A stretch of 64,000 nt of DNA from Podarcis erhardii (Eukaryota), in NCBI GenBank assembly GCA_964252035.1, contig OZ176201.1. One strand, 5' to 3'. The notes beneath the pieces were generated by a model that was not told the DNA's origin, ran no database searches, and saw only the letters and a list, made by a program, of their open reading frames with translations. A program made the translations under genes and the position numbers. Positions within the stretch are counted from its first letter, which is position 1. The number at the start of each line of letters is the position of its first letter. Below, piece after piece: positions 1 to 13,096 of the stretch.

Positions 1-341
1 GAATCCTGCACAGTATGGTGTCTCCTCTTGGTGTGTGTCCCTCCCCCCAGTTCCTCATGTGCTGGCTTCAGTGCAGAGATCCTAATCCTCCCTCAGATGC
101 CAGCTCTGAGATCTGATTTAAATATTGGTTTACTAACCAGGATCTTAAACCACAATCTGATCCAGCTTAGTAAGCCAACATTAAATCAGAGTTCCCTTTT
201 TTGAATGTAATGGAGACCTCTGTTTAACACAAACTAGCATCTTTGTATTAAAGCTGGGCAGGGTGGATGCGAGGGAAGTAGAAGGGGAGCAGTGTGCAGG
301 CCTGACAATTTCCAGCTTCCTCAACCATGATCATGCTTGAT

Positions 342-478
342 CAGTGGTTGGCCAAACTTGGGCCTCCAGCTGTTTTTGGACTACAACTCCCATCATCCCT
401 CGCTAACAGGACCAGTGGTCAGGGATGATGGGAATTGTAGTCCCAAAACAGCTGGAGACCCAAGTTTGGCCAACACTA
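342..478. mobile_element. Palindromic hAT-type MITE (URR1-like)
   Basis: Near-perfect inverted repeat: TTGGCCAAACTTGGGCCTCCAGCTGTTTTTGGACTACAACTCCCATCATCCCT...AGGGATGATGGGAATTGTAGTCCCAAAACAGCTGGAGACCCAAGTTTGGCCAA. Degenerate relatives at about 9919-10084 and 10750-10840. Confidence 0.75.
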
Positions 479-925
479 CATTAGGATGAACAAAGGCATG
501 GGCTCACAATCTTTTCTGGCCCAGGCATACATATAGAAATCTAAAACCGTCATAGACACTTTGAAATACCCGTTTCACAGAAGAATAAATAAAATGTGGG
601 AACAAGCTACTCCTCCCCAAGGCAAGCAAATGCACTTTAAAAAGGGGGGGGAGAGCTGCAGGGGGCATTGACAAGCACCATGGCAGGTGTCTGGGAGTGT
701 AGTGACACCAATGGATACCACATTAGTGATACCAGAACTAAGGTTTGTTTGTTTTTTCTTAGTGCTCAGTGGGCATGTATTCTCTCTGGCTCCATATTAC
801 ATTTAATGCCCCCTACTCAGCTAAATAGAATTCAAAACATACTGTACTGAACATTACTACCTTTTCTGCTGCCAGAAGCATCTCACCTACCCCAGCCCAG
901 CCTGGAATTGCTAAGTTAACTTTAC

Positions 926-1074
926 CTCATGGGACATTATGATGCACACCAACATGTAGAATTCATCAAAGTTGACCTCCCCTTTGCCATCCCAGTCCAG
1001 TAGGTCAAACACCAGCATGATCTGAGCCTTGCTCAGGTCAGTTACATAGTGGAGAAAGTTGTAAAACTGCAGAT
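926..1074 (-). CDS. EFCAB9: EFCAB9 second coding exon (149 nt), EF-hand
   Basis: Missed by the ORF track. Read by hand: cccag|AT CTG CAG...CAT GAG|gtaaa gives (D)LQFYNFLHYVTDLSKAQIMLVFDLLDWDGKGEVNFDEFYMLVCIIMSHE. Phase 1 joins the upstream exon (G+AT = Asp), and the peptide matches recalled EFCAB9 (FYHFLHHVTDL..FDMLDW..GEIDF..FYMLVC). Later exons lie beyond position 1. Confidence 0.93.
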
Positions 1075-1499
1075 CTGGGGGAAATCCACATAAAAATGTG
1101 TGTTTTAACTACTGTATGTCCTTAAATACATCCTTAATTACATATTCATCTCAGAATACAATGTGGTTTCCCCACAACAGAGCGACCAGGAGACCTCCTT
1201 TTACTGCCTTGTAAATCAGAGCATGCTCTTAATATTCAACTTTATCTACAAGAAAGGAGTAAGCACTTTCCCAGGAAATGTAAGTTTAGGCAATCAGACT
1301 ACAGAAGAAGGTGGTTGGTGCAGGTTGCCTCCATTACTTTAAGACTCAATGAGAGCACCTGCTTGCAATAGATATGGCAGAGGGGCAGGGACAGTTTTGG
1401 CCATATCTCATTGCTCAAGAGCAAAGCCAAAATGCACAAAGTCTTGAGGCATGTGCAAAGTTCCAGTTATACTGAGCATCTTGGTAACACACTCCCCTA

Positions 1500-1800
1500 G
1501 CAATAAATGTTCCCACAACATGGAAATCAGCTTCCCGCTTTGGATTGATTGGCACAAAATGTTTGGCATGCATTAGTTGGAAAGAGACGTACAGTTTCAT
1601 TTGCCTCGCGTAATCCTCAAAGTGTATGGGCAGTGCCATCTGAGGTCTGAAAGTGGTCGCAGAACTAGTACTGATGCTCATTAAAGAGCCATCAATTGAA
1701 GATGATTTTACTTGAAAACACATACTCATCATATTGTGCTTATATTCAAAGCATAAGTTAGGAGAGGCGATATTCATAAAGCACCCACTCCTATGTTTGC
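1500..1800 (+). pseudogene. Possible degraded Penelope-like (GIY-YIG endonuclease) relic in EFCAB9 intron
   Basis: Frameshifted fragments CHLRSES/VAE, ILLENT and (R)EAIFIKH occur in the order expected for the recalled Penelope motifs CRL..EKSAVAEH, ILFENT, REAIEIHKH. Multiple stops. Confidence 0.35.
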
Positions 1801-2445
1801 CCCAGGATTGGATTATGAGCAGATGAATTCTGAGCTACAACAATGAGGAGCAGCTAGATGCAACAATGACACTTCAAATCACAGTATGCCAGCAGGAGGC
1901 TGAACCCTCCTGCAGCCATGCTTTGTTGCTCAAAATAGCTTTTTAATAAGCCATTTTTTCTTCCAGTGTGGGTTTCTTCCGATTTTTAAAAAACTATAGG
2001 GTTTTTTTAAAAAAGAAAACCTGTATATTTTCAGCAGGTGGAAAGCAAAGGAAAGAGTTCTGTTCTCCACAGCCACCCGCCCTACACTTAAATCTCCAAA
2101 CCACACCCTGTCGTTATTGGAATTTATTGTCAGACCCAATTCTGCATGTTGGGCCACTGCTGTTAAACCTAGTTTTGCCCTCTGAATTCCAGATACTAGG
2201 GACAACGAAGGGAAAGTTTATGCCTCCACATTTTGTGTGTAAACTTACCAAGGATATCTTGCCCACCCAGCAATGCTAACAGTATACCCTCCCAGATATT
2301 TGGTCCAGTCTGGGGTGGTTCTTTTTATAATCTGGCTTGTGGCCAAACGCCTTAAGAATGAAAAACCACAGGCTTCGTTTCTGAAGACATCTTTCAGAGT
2401 TCATGCACTCTGCTCTGATCCCTACCTCCCTCTTCTGATCAATTA

Positions 2446-2727
<282 letters not shown>

Positions 2728-4224
2728 TCACCTGCGGAATGCTGGCAGGTATTCACGGTGACGCCTGCATCACAGTCAAAGAATTCCACCTTGGAACCAG
2801 AACAGGAGGATGAAAAGAGAAAAGAAAAAGAAAAAAAAAACCACCTTCTACCATGTTCAAAATGGGTGCTCTCTGCCATAAGGGACCCAGGGGCAATACA
2901 TGACAAAAACTGGAAATGATCAAGTATTAATACTTTTGGAACAGTCCACAGAAAATGGGGGGGGGGTGTCACATTGAAATCAGTTGGGAGTGGAAATTGG
3001 CTGGGAGTGGAAACTATGGGTCTCCAGACTACAGCTCCCATAATCGCTGACCATTGGTGGTGTTAGGATGATTTGGAGTCCAATGGCTGAACGTGCTCCT
3101 GCTCCGTGGATTAAGCATTGATCTGCGCATTTTACCTTCCCTCAAATTGCAATATTCAGGGTGAAGGTAGAAACAGAAAAGGGATAGGGGTAGAAAGTGC
3201 ACTGCACAGATTTGGGCTCCATAGCTTATGTGCCCAGTAGGATGGTCAGTTGAAAAAAGCAGACAGGGATCCTTTAATAATTGGGCAGAAGGGCCAATTC
3301 CAGCATGCGTAACTAGCAATGCAAGCAACACCTGCATCAGTTCCTCCCTCTGCACAGCTCTTAAAGGTGCAGGAGCCTCATCTTATTTTTTTCACCTGAC
3401 CACCTCTGAGTCTTTTCCACAATCCTGATGTAAACTTTGCATGGACTGCCCTTTAATATTGTAGACTTGGAAGGGTCTTCTTGTCTAAGGAAATGTCATG
3501 AGAACATCTTACGTTTCCGGGTAACATCGTCCTTTGCCCAGAGCCCTCTAGAGTGGTGTGTTAGCCCACAATGGCCCAGATAGGTCAGAGGAATTGAGAA
3601 AGAGTTGCTCAAGGCCACCCAGTGAGGTCTGAAGCTTAACAGTGATTTGAAAGTGGCTTTCTCACATTATCAGCTGCCTGCTCTCATTGCAGGGGCTAGG
3701 TGGGGTTGCCCCCTGTTGGTATCAGTCATTGTTAATCTTTCTACATGGGGCATCATGAAGCTGTAACTCAGGGCATCACAATTTACTTGGTTTTGCAATT
3801 ATTACTTTTTAAAAAAATGTATATCTTGCTTTTCATCCCCCAAAAAGAAAACACGAATTACAGCTAACAGCATACAAAAACCCACAACATCAATGTAAAA
3901 CATAAAGAATAGTAACAACTTATAACCCACCAAGCCGAACAGTCTACCTGCCACTTATGGCAGGCTCTCAGGGCTTGGATCATTATTTGTGCTTTCTTCC
4001 TGGAGATGCAAAAACAGGGTTCAATATCTGACAGGATACAGCGCTTAGAAATCTGTCTTATAGAGAGTCAGGCCTTTGGTCCATTTAGACCATACCATCT
4101 ACTCAATACCTGGAGTGAGGAACCTCAATCCTGGGGGTCAAATGTTGCTATCTAGGCCTCTCTTTCTTGTCGTTGGTACTCTCCCCAGGCCATGGCCCTC
4201 AGTGGCCTGGCTTCACACCTCATT

Positions 4225-4976
4225 TTTCCCCCAATTTTTTTTATTCATTTTATAATACTAATAAACAACACAAACAGAAAAACAAACAATACAAACAAAT
4301 CCTTGTCTTATCCTTATTTTTTCTAAACATTGTTAGGTGAGCTTCCCCAAGTCCCCCCATCTGATTTTCATTTTACCTCATCATTAGCAGTTTACATATA
4401 TCATAATTTTTAACCATTTTTTTATCACGCTTACTTTTACCATAAAAATCTTCACATTTTATCACTTACAAATAATACTGTTTTAAAATACACTATCTTC
4501 TACTTCTAACCCTACAGCCTATATCCACTTCCAAAGCTATTCTAAGATTTAAATATTAACATATTTTTTCAAATATTCTTTAAACTTCCAATCTTCTTCC
4601 ACCGTCTCTTCTCTCTGGTCCCGGAGTCTCCCAGTCAGTTCGGCAAATTCCATATAGTCCATCATTTTCATCTGCCATTCCTCGAAAGTTGGTAAATCTT
4701 GTTTCTTCCAATTCTCCGCTAGTAATATTCTCGCAGCTGTTGTAGCATACAGAAAAAAAGTAACATCCTTTTTGGGGATTTCACCCCCCACCATACCAAG
4801 TAAAAAGGCTTCTGGTTTCTTAATAAATGTGTTTTTCAACACTTTTTTCAGTTCATTATAAATCCTTTCCCAGAAGTCTTTTACCTTGGGGCACGTCCAC
4901 CACATGTGGTAAAAGGTTCCTTCTTTTCCCTTACATTCCCAGCATTTATTATCATGAGTATGATACATTTTTGCTA
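4225..4976 (-). mobile_element. 5'-truncated L1 (ORF2 C-terminus plus 3'UTR), relative of element B
   Basis: Frame 4549-4968 encodes CWECKGKEGTFYHMWWTCPK...KKPEAFLLGM...EDWK, colinear with the end of element B ORF2. A-tail near 4235-4242; flanking repeats GGCTTCACACCT(C/T)ATT at 4209-4224 and 4977-4992. Confidence 0.9.
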
Positions 4977-6291
4977 GGCTTCACACCTTATTGGGTGGTT
5001 TTTTGCCAGACATGAATGTGTCCTTTAAGAATGCCTCTTGCTTACGTGGATGGAGAATAGAGGAGGATGTATGAGCATGTGTAGAAACTGGCCCCTAGAA
5101 GAGTGGTCAGGAGGGAATGTGGCCCCTGGGTGGAAAAGCAGAACTCTGGGGTTTCAGACCAGGAGCTTTTCCCACCCAGCTGGAGATGATTCAGTCTGGT
5201 GGGTCACAAGATGCACAGCCAAAATGGCAACTGGCAAAGCTAGTGAAGATTTACCACATAGCAAGTCCTGTCATTTCCAAATTCTGTAATTCCAAGCAGT
5301 TCCTCTAGATGTCCCTATTCATTTACATTTGTTAGTGTGTATGAGCAGCAGAAGTGGTCTGTTTCTGCCAAGACTACTGTACTGATCTAGTAGAATATTT
5401 GTTCAAGGTCCAGTTAAGTCAAAGTATATGTTTCATTTAGTAAAACTGGTTCATGGATCTCAAAACAGGTTTCTCTAACATTATCCTATCAGTCCAGCTG
5501 CCGGATAGTGTCTTTGTAAAACCCCATTGTGAGATGAGAGGTACTAAGCCAATGGCAGCCAAAGGGACGTGATACTCTAAGCCTCTGTGAGGTCATAGTG
5601 GAGTTGCAAGCTACGTGCCAGAGTAACAAAGGTCATAAGAGTAAATCAGGCAATCTTGAAGCTGGAAAGATCATACAGAGGCCTCAGAAACTACAGAAGT
5701 GAGCTTAGAAGAAACCAAAGGAGAGAGCAGGGCCCTCAGAAGACAGGTTCAGCAAATGGTCATTGATTACAGCTGTAATTGGTTCATATTTGCTTCCTAT
5801 AACCCTGTCCAACTTACTCCTTGACATTTTTGCAAGGTAAATTTGGCATGACTTATAATAGGCGTGTGTGTGTGCTATGTTGTATGAAGTCCACTAAAGA
5901 CAGGCTATTCTGAATAATTTTATATTACAATCAGAGGTGGCCCGTCCTGAGCTGTTCTGCCACCTGAGGCAAAAAGGGAATTGCCGCCTCCTGCTCTCTC
6001 CCTGCTGCTCCCGCCATGCCACGCCACCACCACTTCAACACCCCAGCTCCCACCAGGTTTGGCAAAAGCCAGGGGGTTCCACAAAGTGTTGTCGCTTGGC
6101 TCCTCTGCCTTGGGGTGACTAAAATGATTAGCAGCACCGCGCACCATAACACTTCCGTGTGGCCAGCAAGAGGGTGGCGTTCTGGTAGTGACAGAAGCAG
6201 TGGAGTGAGCGGAGTGCCATCTCTTGCACTTCCGCCGCCTGAGGCAAGCGCTTCACCCAGCCTCATGGGTGGAGCGGCTTCAATTACAGTA

Positions 6292-6497
6292 CAGTGGTAC
6301 CTCGAGTTAAGAACTTAATTCGTTCTGGAGGTCCGTTCTTAACCTGAAACTGTTCTTAGCCTGAGGTACCACTTTAGCTAATGGGGCCTCCCACTGCCGC
6401 CGCACGATTTCTGTTCTCATCCTGAAGCAAAGTTCTCAACCTGAGGTACTATTTCTGGGTTAGTGGAGTCTGTAACCTGAAGCATCTGTAACCACTG
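6292..6497 (+). mobile_element. Tc1/mariner-superfamily (Tigger/pogo-like) MITE, copy 1
   Basis: TA|CAGTGGTACCTC...CCACTG|TA; right TIR partly deleted; internal sequence shared with copies at 9039, 31136 and 34157. Confidence 0.85.
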
Positions 6498-6849
6498 TAT
6501 TCTGAATTAGGTGACTGTAAGCCACTGCCACCAAACCATGGGTACTAGTAATATTATTCATTCCACACAAATATTGGTTGTTTACAAAGACACCCATTCA
6601 AATACCGCTTCTACCACCCTTCAGGAACGCAGTAGGGGCGGGTCTGTGTGTTTTTGCAACCCTAAAGCTAGTGTAGCTAATCAATGCAGAGCTACAATTT
6701 ACAAATCGTTATCTGAATGAGAGACTCTCTGCTCAAGGATGACATTTACAGCTCCACCATCTGAGCCAAGTCTGCTCAAAGGGAACTCCTGTTCCATTCA
6801 GTGGCGCTCCCTCCCAGGTAAGCGGGGTTGCTAGCTCGCTTCTCGAAGT

Positions 6850-8200
<1,351 letters not shown>

Positions 8201-8827
8201 ACGAAACTTTCCTCAGAGGAGCTGCGAGTTCATTTTCACCAAAGTCACGTGGAGTTCTCCCCAAACACTTAGGGGTTTCGTTTCATACCTACAGGATAAG
8301 TTGTTATACTTCTGTTGCTGTACTCTGAGAAAGGGGGAGCGGGTAAATTATCCTGTAGCATGTCACTTTCACAAGTAACTCGTCCTCTTTGAAGAAGTGC
8401 CTTTCCTTCTCTCCTTAACTCCTTCAACTCCTGTGTGAAGCTGGATTCGAGCATTCATAAATGTGAAACTTATCTATATCCCGTGGTGTGAGTTAACTTT
8501 TGCATCGAGAACACACGTGGATAGATCAGAATGATCACTGCCTTTCCCAATCTCCTTCTCCCGGCTATTTAGTGGGTTGAGGAATCCTGCAAACCCCACA
8601 GCTGTGTGCATACAGATTTTGTTTGGATAACTTTACTCCTTGTACACATGGCAAGTCCATGCAAACCATACTGGATAGAGATATATTGTTCCTACCAGTG
8701 TGAATAATACAGTTCAGCGACTGAAAGGCATTAAGTATTGCAAGGAGAAATAGCCAGAGACCTGCTAGATCCAACCAAAGGCCTCTCTGGTCCAGCATAG
8801 GCCAGGCCACTGGCCAACCAGAAGCTG

Positions 8828-9023
8828 CAAGGGCCGGCCCTAAATACTTTGCTGCTTGAACCAGTTAAAGTGCTAAAGCACAGCCAAGTTATTCTGGCAC
8901 TTAAGGTAGAAAGCTCCTCTTCTCCAGCAGTAAAAGTACAATAAATATTAAACTAAATAACAATAATTTGATGCCCCACCATGGCACCCAGACACAGCTG
9001 GCCAATGGTAGGGCCCGTGCCTG
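8828..9023. mobile_element. Short hAT-like element
   Basis: Ends CAAGGGCCGGCCCT and AGGGCCCGTGCCTG resemble CAGGGCCGGCCCT TIRs. Confidence 0.45.
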
Positions 9024-9038
9024 TGCAGGATATAACTG

Positions 9039-9280
9039 CAGTGGTACCTCGGGTTACATACACTTCAGGTTACATACGCTTCAGGTTACAGACTCCGCTA
9101 ACCCAGAAATTTTACCTCGGGTTAAGAACTTTGCTTCAGGATGAGAACAGAAATTGTGCTCCCGCGGTGCGGCAGCAGCAGGAGGCCCCATTAGCTAAAG
9201 TGGTGCTTCAGGTTAAGAACAGTTTCAGGTTAAGAACGGACCTCTGCAACGAATTAAGTACTTAACCCGAGGTACCACTG
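9039..9280 (-). mobile_element. Tigger/pogo-like MITE, copy 2
   Basis: TIRs CAGTGGTACCTCGGGTTA / TAACCCGAGGTACCACTG; flanks TG and TA; opposite orientation to copy 1. Confidence 0.88.
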
Positions 9281-12069
9281 TACAGTTGCCCTCTTTTGCC
9301 GATTTCCCCCAGCAAGTGGTATTCATAGGCATGCCGCTTCTGGCCCTGGAAAGCGATCACAGCTAGTAGCTTCCCATAGCTGCTGTCATATTCATGCAGC
9401 CTGCAAAGCCTTGAAAGAAGGTTAAATCCTTCTTCCATTTGGTTAGTAGCAAATTCTTACTGGGTTTCGTTTCATGTAGGAATGGTGTTGGGCAATGGCG
9501 AATGAAAGAAAATATTCTGCGAGAGAATTTTTAATTTATCCTTCTTATGAGAGTGACATTCATGGCAACAGGTGGGGATGGAGTTGGGGATCAAGTGTCC
9601 TCTTTCTGTATGTCCATGTAGTGGGGGTTTTCCCCCCTGCAGGAGCACATGTCTTGCCAGAAGTCTGTAAATCATATAGACTGTGTGTTCCTTCAGGGGA
9701 GATGTGGCGTAATCTTGGATTAAAGAGGTAATGCAGATTTAGGGGTGCCCTGCATTTTGTTGTTCTATTCTCCCTGCCTCCGATCCAACACCTCTCTCTT
9801 AGATTGTAAGCTCCTCTAAGCAGGAACCCTAGAAGCTCAGCCCCAGTATGTTTCAGCAAGACACATCAAGTTCCTGTTAGTAGGTATTTCTAGATGGATG
9901 CTTTGACAATACTGTTCATCAGTCTTCCCCAACCTGGTGCCCTCTAGGTGTTAAGATCTACAGCTGTTGTCAGCATGCTGAGAACAGCTGTAGTTCATAA
10001 TGCCTAGAAGGCACCAGGTAGGGAATGATGGGAGACTGAGCTATAGTCAAAAACATCTGAAGAACTTCAGGTTGGGGAAGGCTGCTCTCTGCCACATAGA
10101 TTTTCTCAGCTGAGTCAACTAATTGGGTGCAATTCATGATAATGGGCAGCTTTATTTATAAAATGTCAGGGAGATGCTCTACAGATCGCTTGCTCTTCCA
10201 GATGTTGGTCTTAGTCCTTTATATTTACATATATAAAAATAGTTTCTTGTTCAGACTTCTTTCCTCCCCCACCCCCACTTCCCCCATTTGAGTGTCTTCA
10301 GGTGTTTAATCTAGAGCTGTCTTCAACTTTACCAGACAAATCCTTTTGGGGAGCCTGGATTGACTTGGCAAATCTTGTTAGTAATAGTGACTAGAAGCTA
10401 ATGAGAGGCCAGCTGGGCTCATTTGCAGGGGGAATATGAATGCTGCTAGATTGAAGACAGATTTCTGGGAAACAAGGTTAGCAAGAGCATGATTGGGGCT
10501 TCGGCAAGTAGAGGTGGTACTGTAAGGTGAGGCTAGTGATGGAGTCTGGCCATGCGTTAGACTTTAGAGATGAAGGGAACTGGCTTGGATCCCTGCCCTT
10601 AGTGAGTGAAGTACAAAATCAGTGACTGCATTGCTGAAATGGCTGGTGTAGTGCAGGGACCGCAGCTCTCTTTTTGTGGAAGTAAGAATAAAAAATTGAC
10701 CTGTTTTTCAGCAGTTGCAACAGATAACACTTCCACAATTGCACAAGGCAGACTTAGCCAACCTGATAGCCAGCATGCTAATTGGGGCTGAGGTGAGTTG
10801 TAGTCCAAAACACCTGGAGGGCAGAAGGTTGGCTAAAGCTGGCTTAAGCAATATGCAAGGGTTCTTGTAGGTTCTTTGACAATTCTGTTGACTACACAAA
10901 ATAATGGCTGTCAAGAATCCATTGTGGTAAACTATTTAAACCATGTGATGCATGTGTGTTCCCACTACTCTGGAAGGCAAGAATTGGTGTTTCCATCCAA
11001 ACCACAAGAGTAATAAACCGCCTTTCCTGTTACAATTCAGAAAAGCATTTAACTTTTGTGTTTAGTAGAAGCAATGTAGATAGAGACTGCCACTGTCAGA
11101 CTAAAATGCTGCTGCAAGTCTCTGGAAATCACTCATTTATGTCAGAAGCCTCTCCTGCTAAGAAAGTAAGATGAGACCTGCTGGATCAGGCCAGTGTCCC
11201 ATCTAGTCCAGTATCCTGTTCTCCAGCAGCTGATACTCAAAAGCATACTGCCTCCAACAGTGAAGGTAGACATAGCGCTCGGGGTTAGTAGCCATTGGAT
11301 AGCCATATCCTCCATCAATTTTTGAGCAAGATCGAGCAACATCAGTTGGTTGGTGCAAATCGTCCTGCTTACTTTTTTTTTTTTTTTTTCCCCCGCTTTT
11401 TTTGTCTATTTTGGGCTTTTCTTCCTCAATTACTTGTGGAGTTTAATTTTTTATGAATTGGGGGCGCGGAGACTGACGGCGACGGATACTTTCCTTTGCT
11501 TGCCTTTTCTTTTCCTCAGTTGGAGTAACGCTATACAGACTAAGACCTCTAGTGGATAAAGAGAGGCAGCACAATTTGTTCTTTATTTTCCATTTTTCAC
11601 TCAATTGACAGACTTTGATTGTCGTTCAGTAGTTATCTAAGCGATTGCTCCTGAATACATAATAGGACCACCTTACTTCAAAGGGGTAGAGGGCTCTGAA
11701 ATACCCTTCTTCCATCCCCCTCCAACTGAATCTGATGAACTAGTTACTAAACTGTTATCTCAAATATTATACCTCCCCCCTTCGTGTTTGATAGGACCTT
11801 ACTAAATGAACATCATTAAAAAAGGATTAGCCTGAGTGGAGGCAAGAAGACAATACAGCGGACTATTATTCGAACTTCTGGTGGTATATTCATAAGTTGT
11901 AAAAGCCATAAAGACTACTTAAACTTAAATAATTGTTAAATTGTACATAACTGTGAAATAACTGTGAAAGGACAGAATTGGGATAAGTTGACAAACTTTG
12001 TTGGGAGGAGGTTGTGGCTGAGGGTTAGGCAAGAAGTTGTTGGTGTGAGGGGAGAACCACTGGGTCATA

Positions 12070-13062
12070 ATGTCAAACCCAACAAAGAAAGGGGCTGAGG
12101 GGGGGACACCGGTAGAGAGGAAAGGATCTAAACAAGAGATAGACTTTAAAGCAGATATTCTAAGAATGTTTGCGGAAATAAAGCAGAGTGAAAAGAACCT
12201 AGAATCTAAATTAGAACAAGTAGATAATAAAATTGGAAAAATGGATAAAAAAATTGACGAAACAGTAAATGAACTGAAAGGGCAAATGAAAGAAGTGTTT
12301 AGAAGGACTCAATCGGTTGAGGAGGGATTAAAGAAGACAAGATTAGAAATGAAAGAGGTTAAACGGGAAGAAGAGAGATTAAAAGTAGAAATGACGGATT
12401 TAAATAAAGCACAGGAAGAGATAAAGGATGTGATAGCGATGAACGAACTTCGGATGAGGGAGGTGAACCTGAGATTTAGAGCGGTGCCAGAGACTCAAGG
12501 AGAAAATATCAAAGACAAACTAATAACAGAACTGGCAAACTGGATGGAACTACCTACAGGAGAGATGGCAAAGGCGGTCCAAAGTGCATTTAGAATGAAA
12601 GTGAAGACAAATAAAGCAAAAAGATTTACAGGGGATTGCCTGATTACATTCAAGGATAGAGAGATGAGAAATTTGATCCTGCAGAAGAACAGAGAAAAAA
12701 GATTGAATATAGATGGGAACTTCATAATCATTTTTAAAGATATACCAATTAGGCTGCTTAAACGAAGAGACCCTTACAAACTGCTGACCCAGACATTAAA
12801 GAGAAACAATATTGAGTTCAGGTGGGAATTCCCAGAAGGAATTTCATTTATGTATAGAAGTAAGAGGCACAGACTGACAAACCCAGAAGAAACTGGGAAA
12901 TTTTTGAGGAAATATAAAGAACTCAAAGTTGATCCAGAGGAAAGTAAAGGAGCAGAGGGAAGAACACCAGAGCAACTAAAACCAAAGGCGGCGGAAGGAG
13001 AGAATGGAAAGGAAACGGACGAGGAAGAAGACGAGGAAGAAGAAGAGGCAGACAAATTATAG
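12070..13062 (+). CDS. L1 ORF1p (coiled coil, RRM, CTD), 330 aa, element A
   Basis: Heptad-rich N-half, NLRFRAVPE motif at the RRM start, IFKD and FRWEFP CTD-type motifs, acidic C-terminal tail; lies directly upstream of ORF2. Confidence 0.9.
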   Translation: MSNPTKKGAEGGTPVERKGSKQEIDFKADILRMFAEIKQSEKNLESKLEQVDNKIGKMDKKIDETVNELKGQMKEVFRRTQSVEEGLKKTRLEMKEVKREEERLKVEMTDLNKAQEEIKDVIAMNELRMREVNLRFRAVPETQGENIKDKLITELANWMELPTGEMAKAVQSAFRMKVKTNKAKRFTGDCLITFKDREMRNLILQKNREKRLNIDGNFIIIFKDIPIRLLKRRDPYKLLTQTLKRNNIEFRWEFPEGISFMYRSKRHRLTNPEETGKFLRKYKELKVDPEESKGAEGRTPEQLKPKAAEGENGKETDEEEDEEEEEADKL

Positions 13063-13096
13063 GCAAACAGCTAGACTTTATTCAAAGTAAGATATC

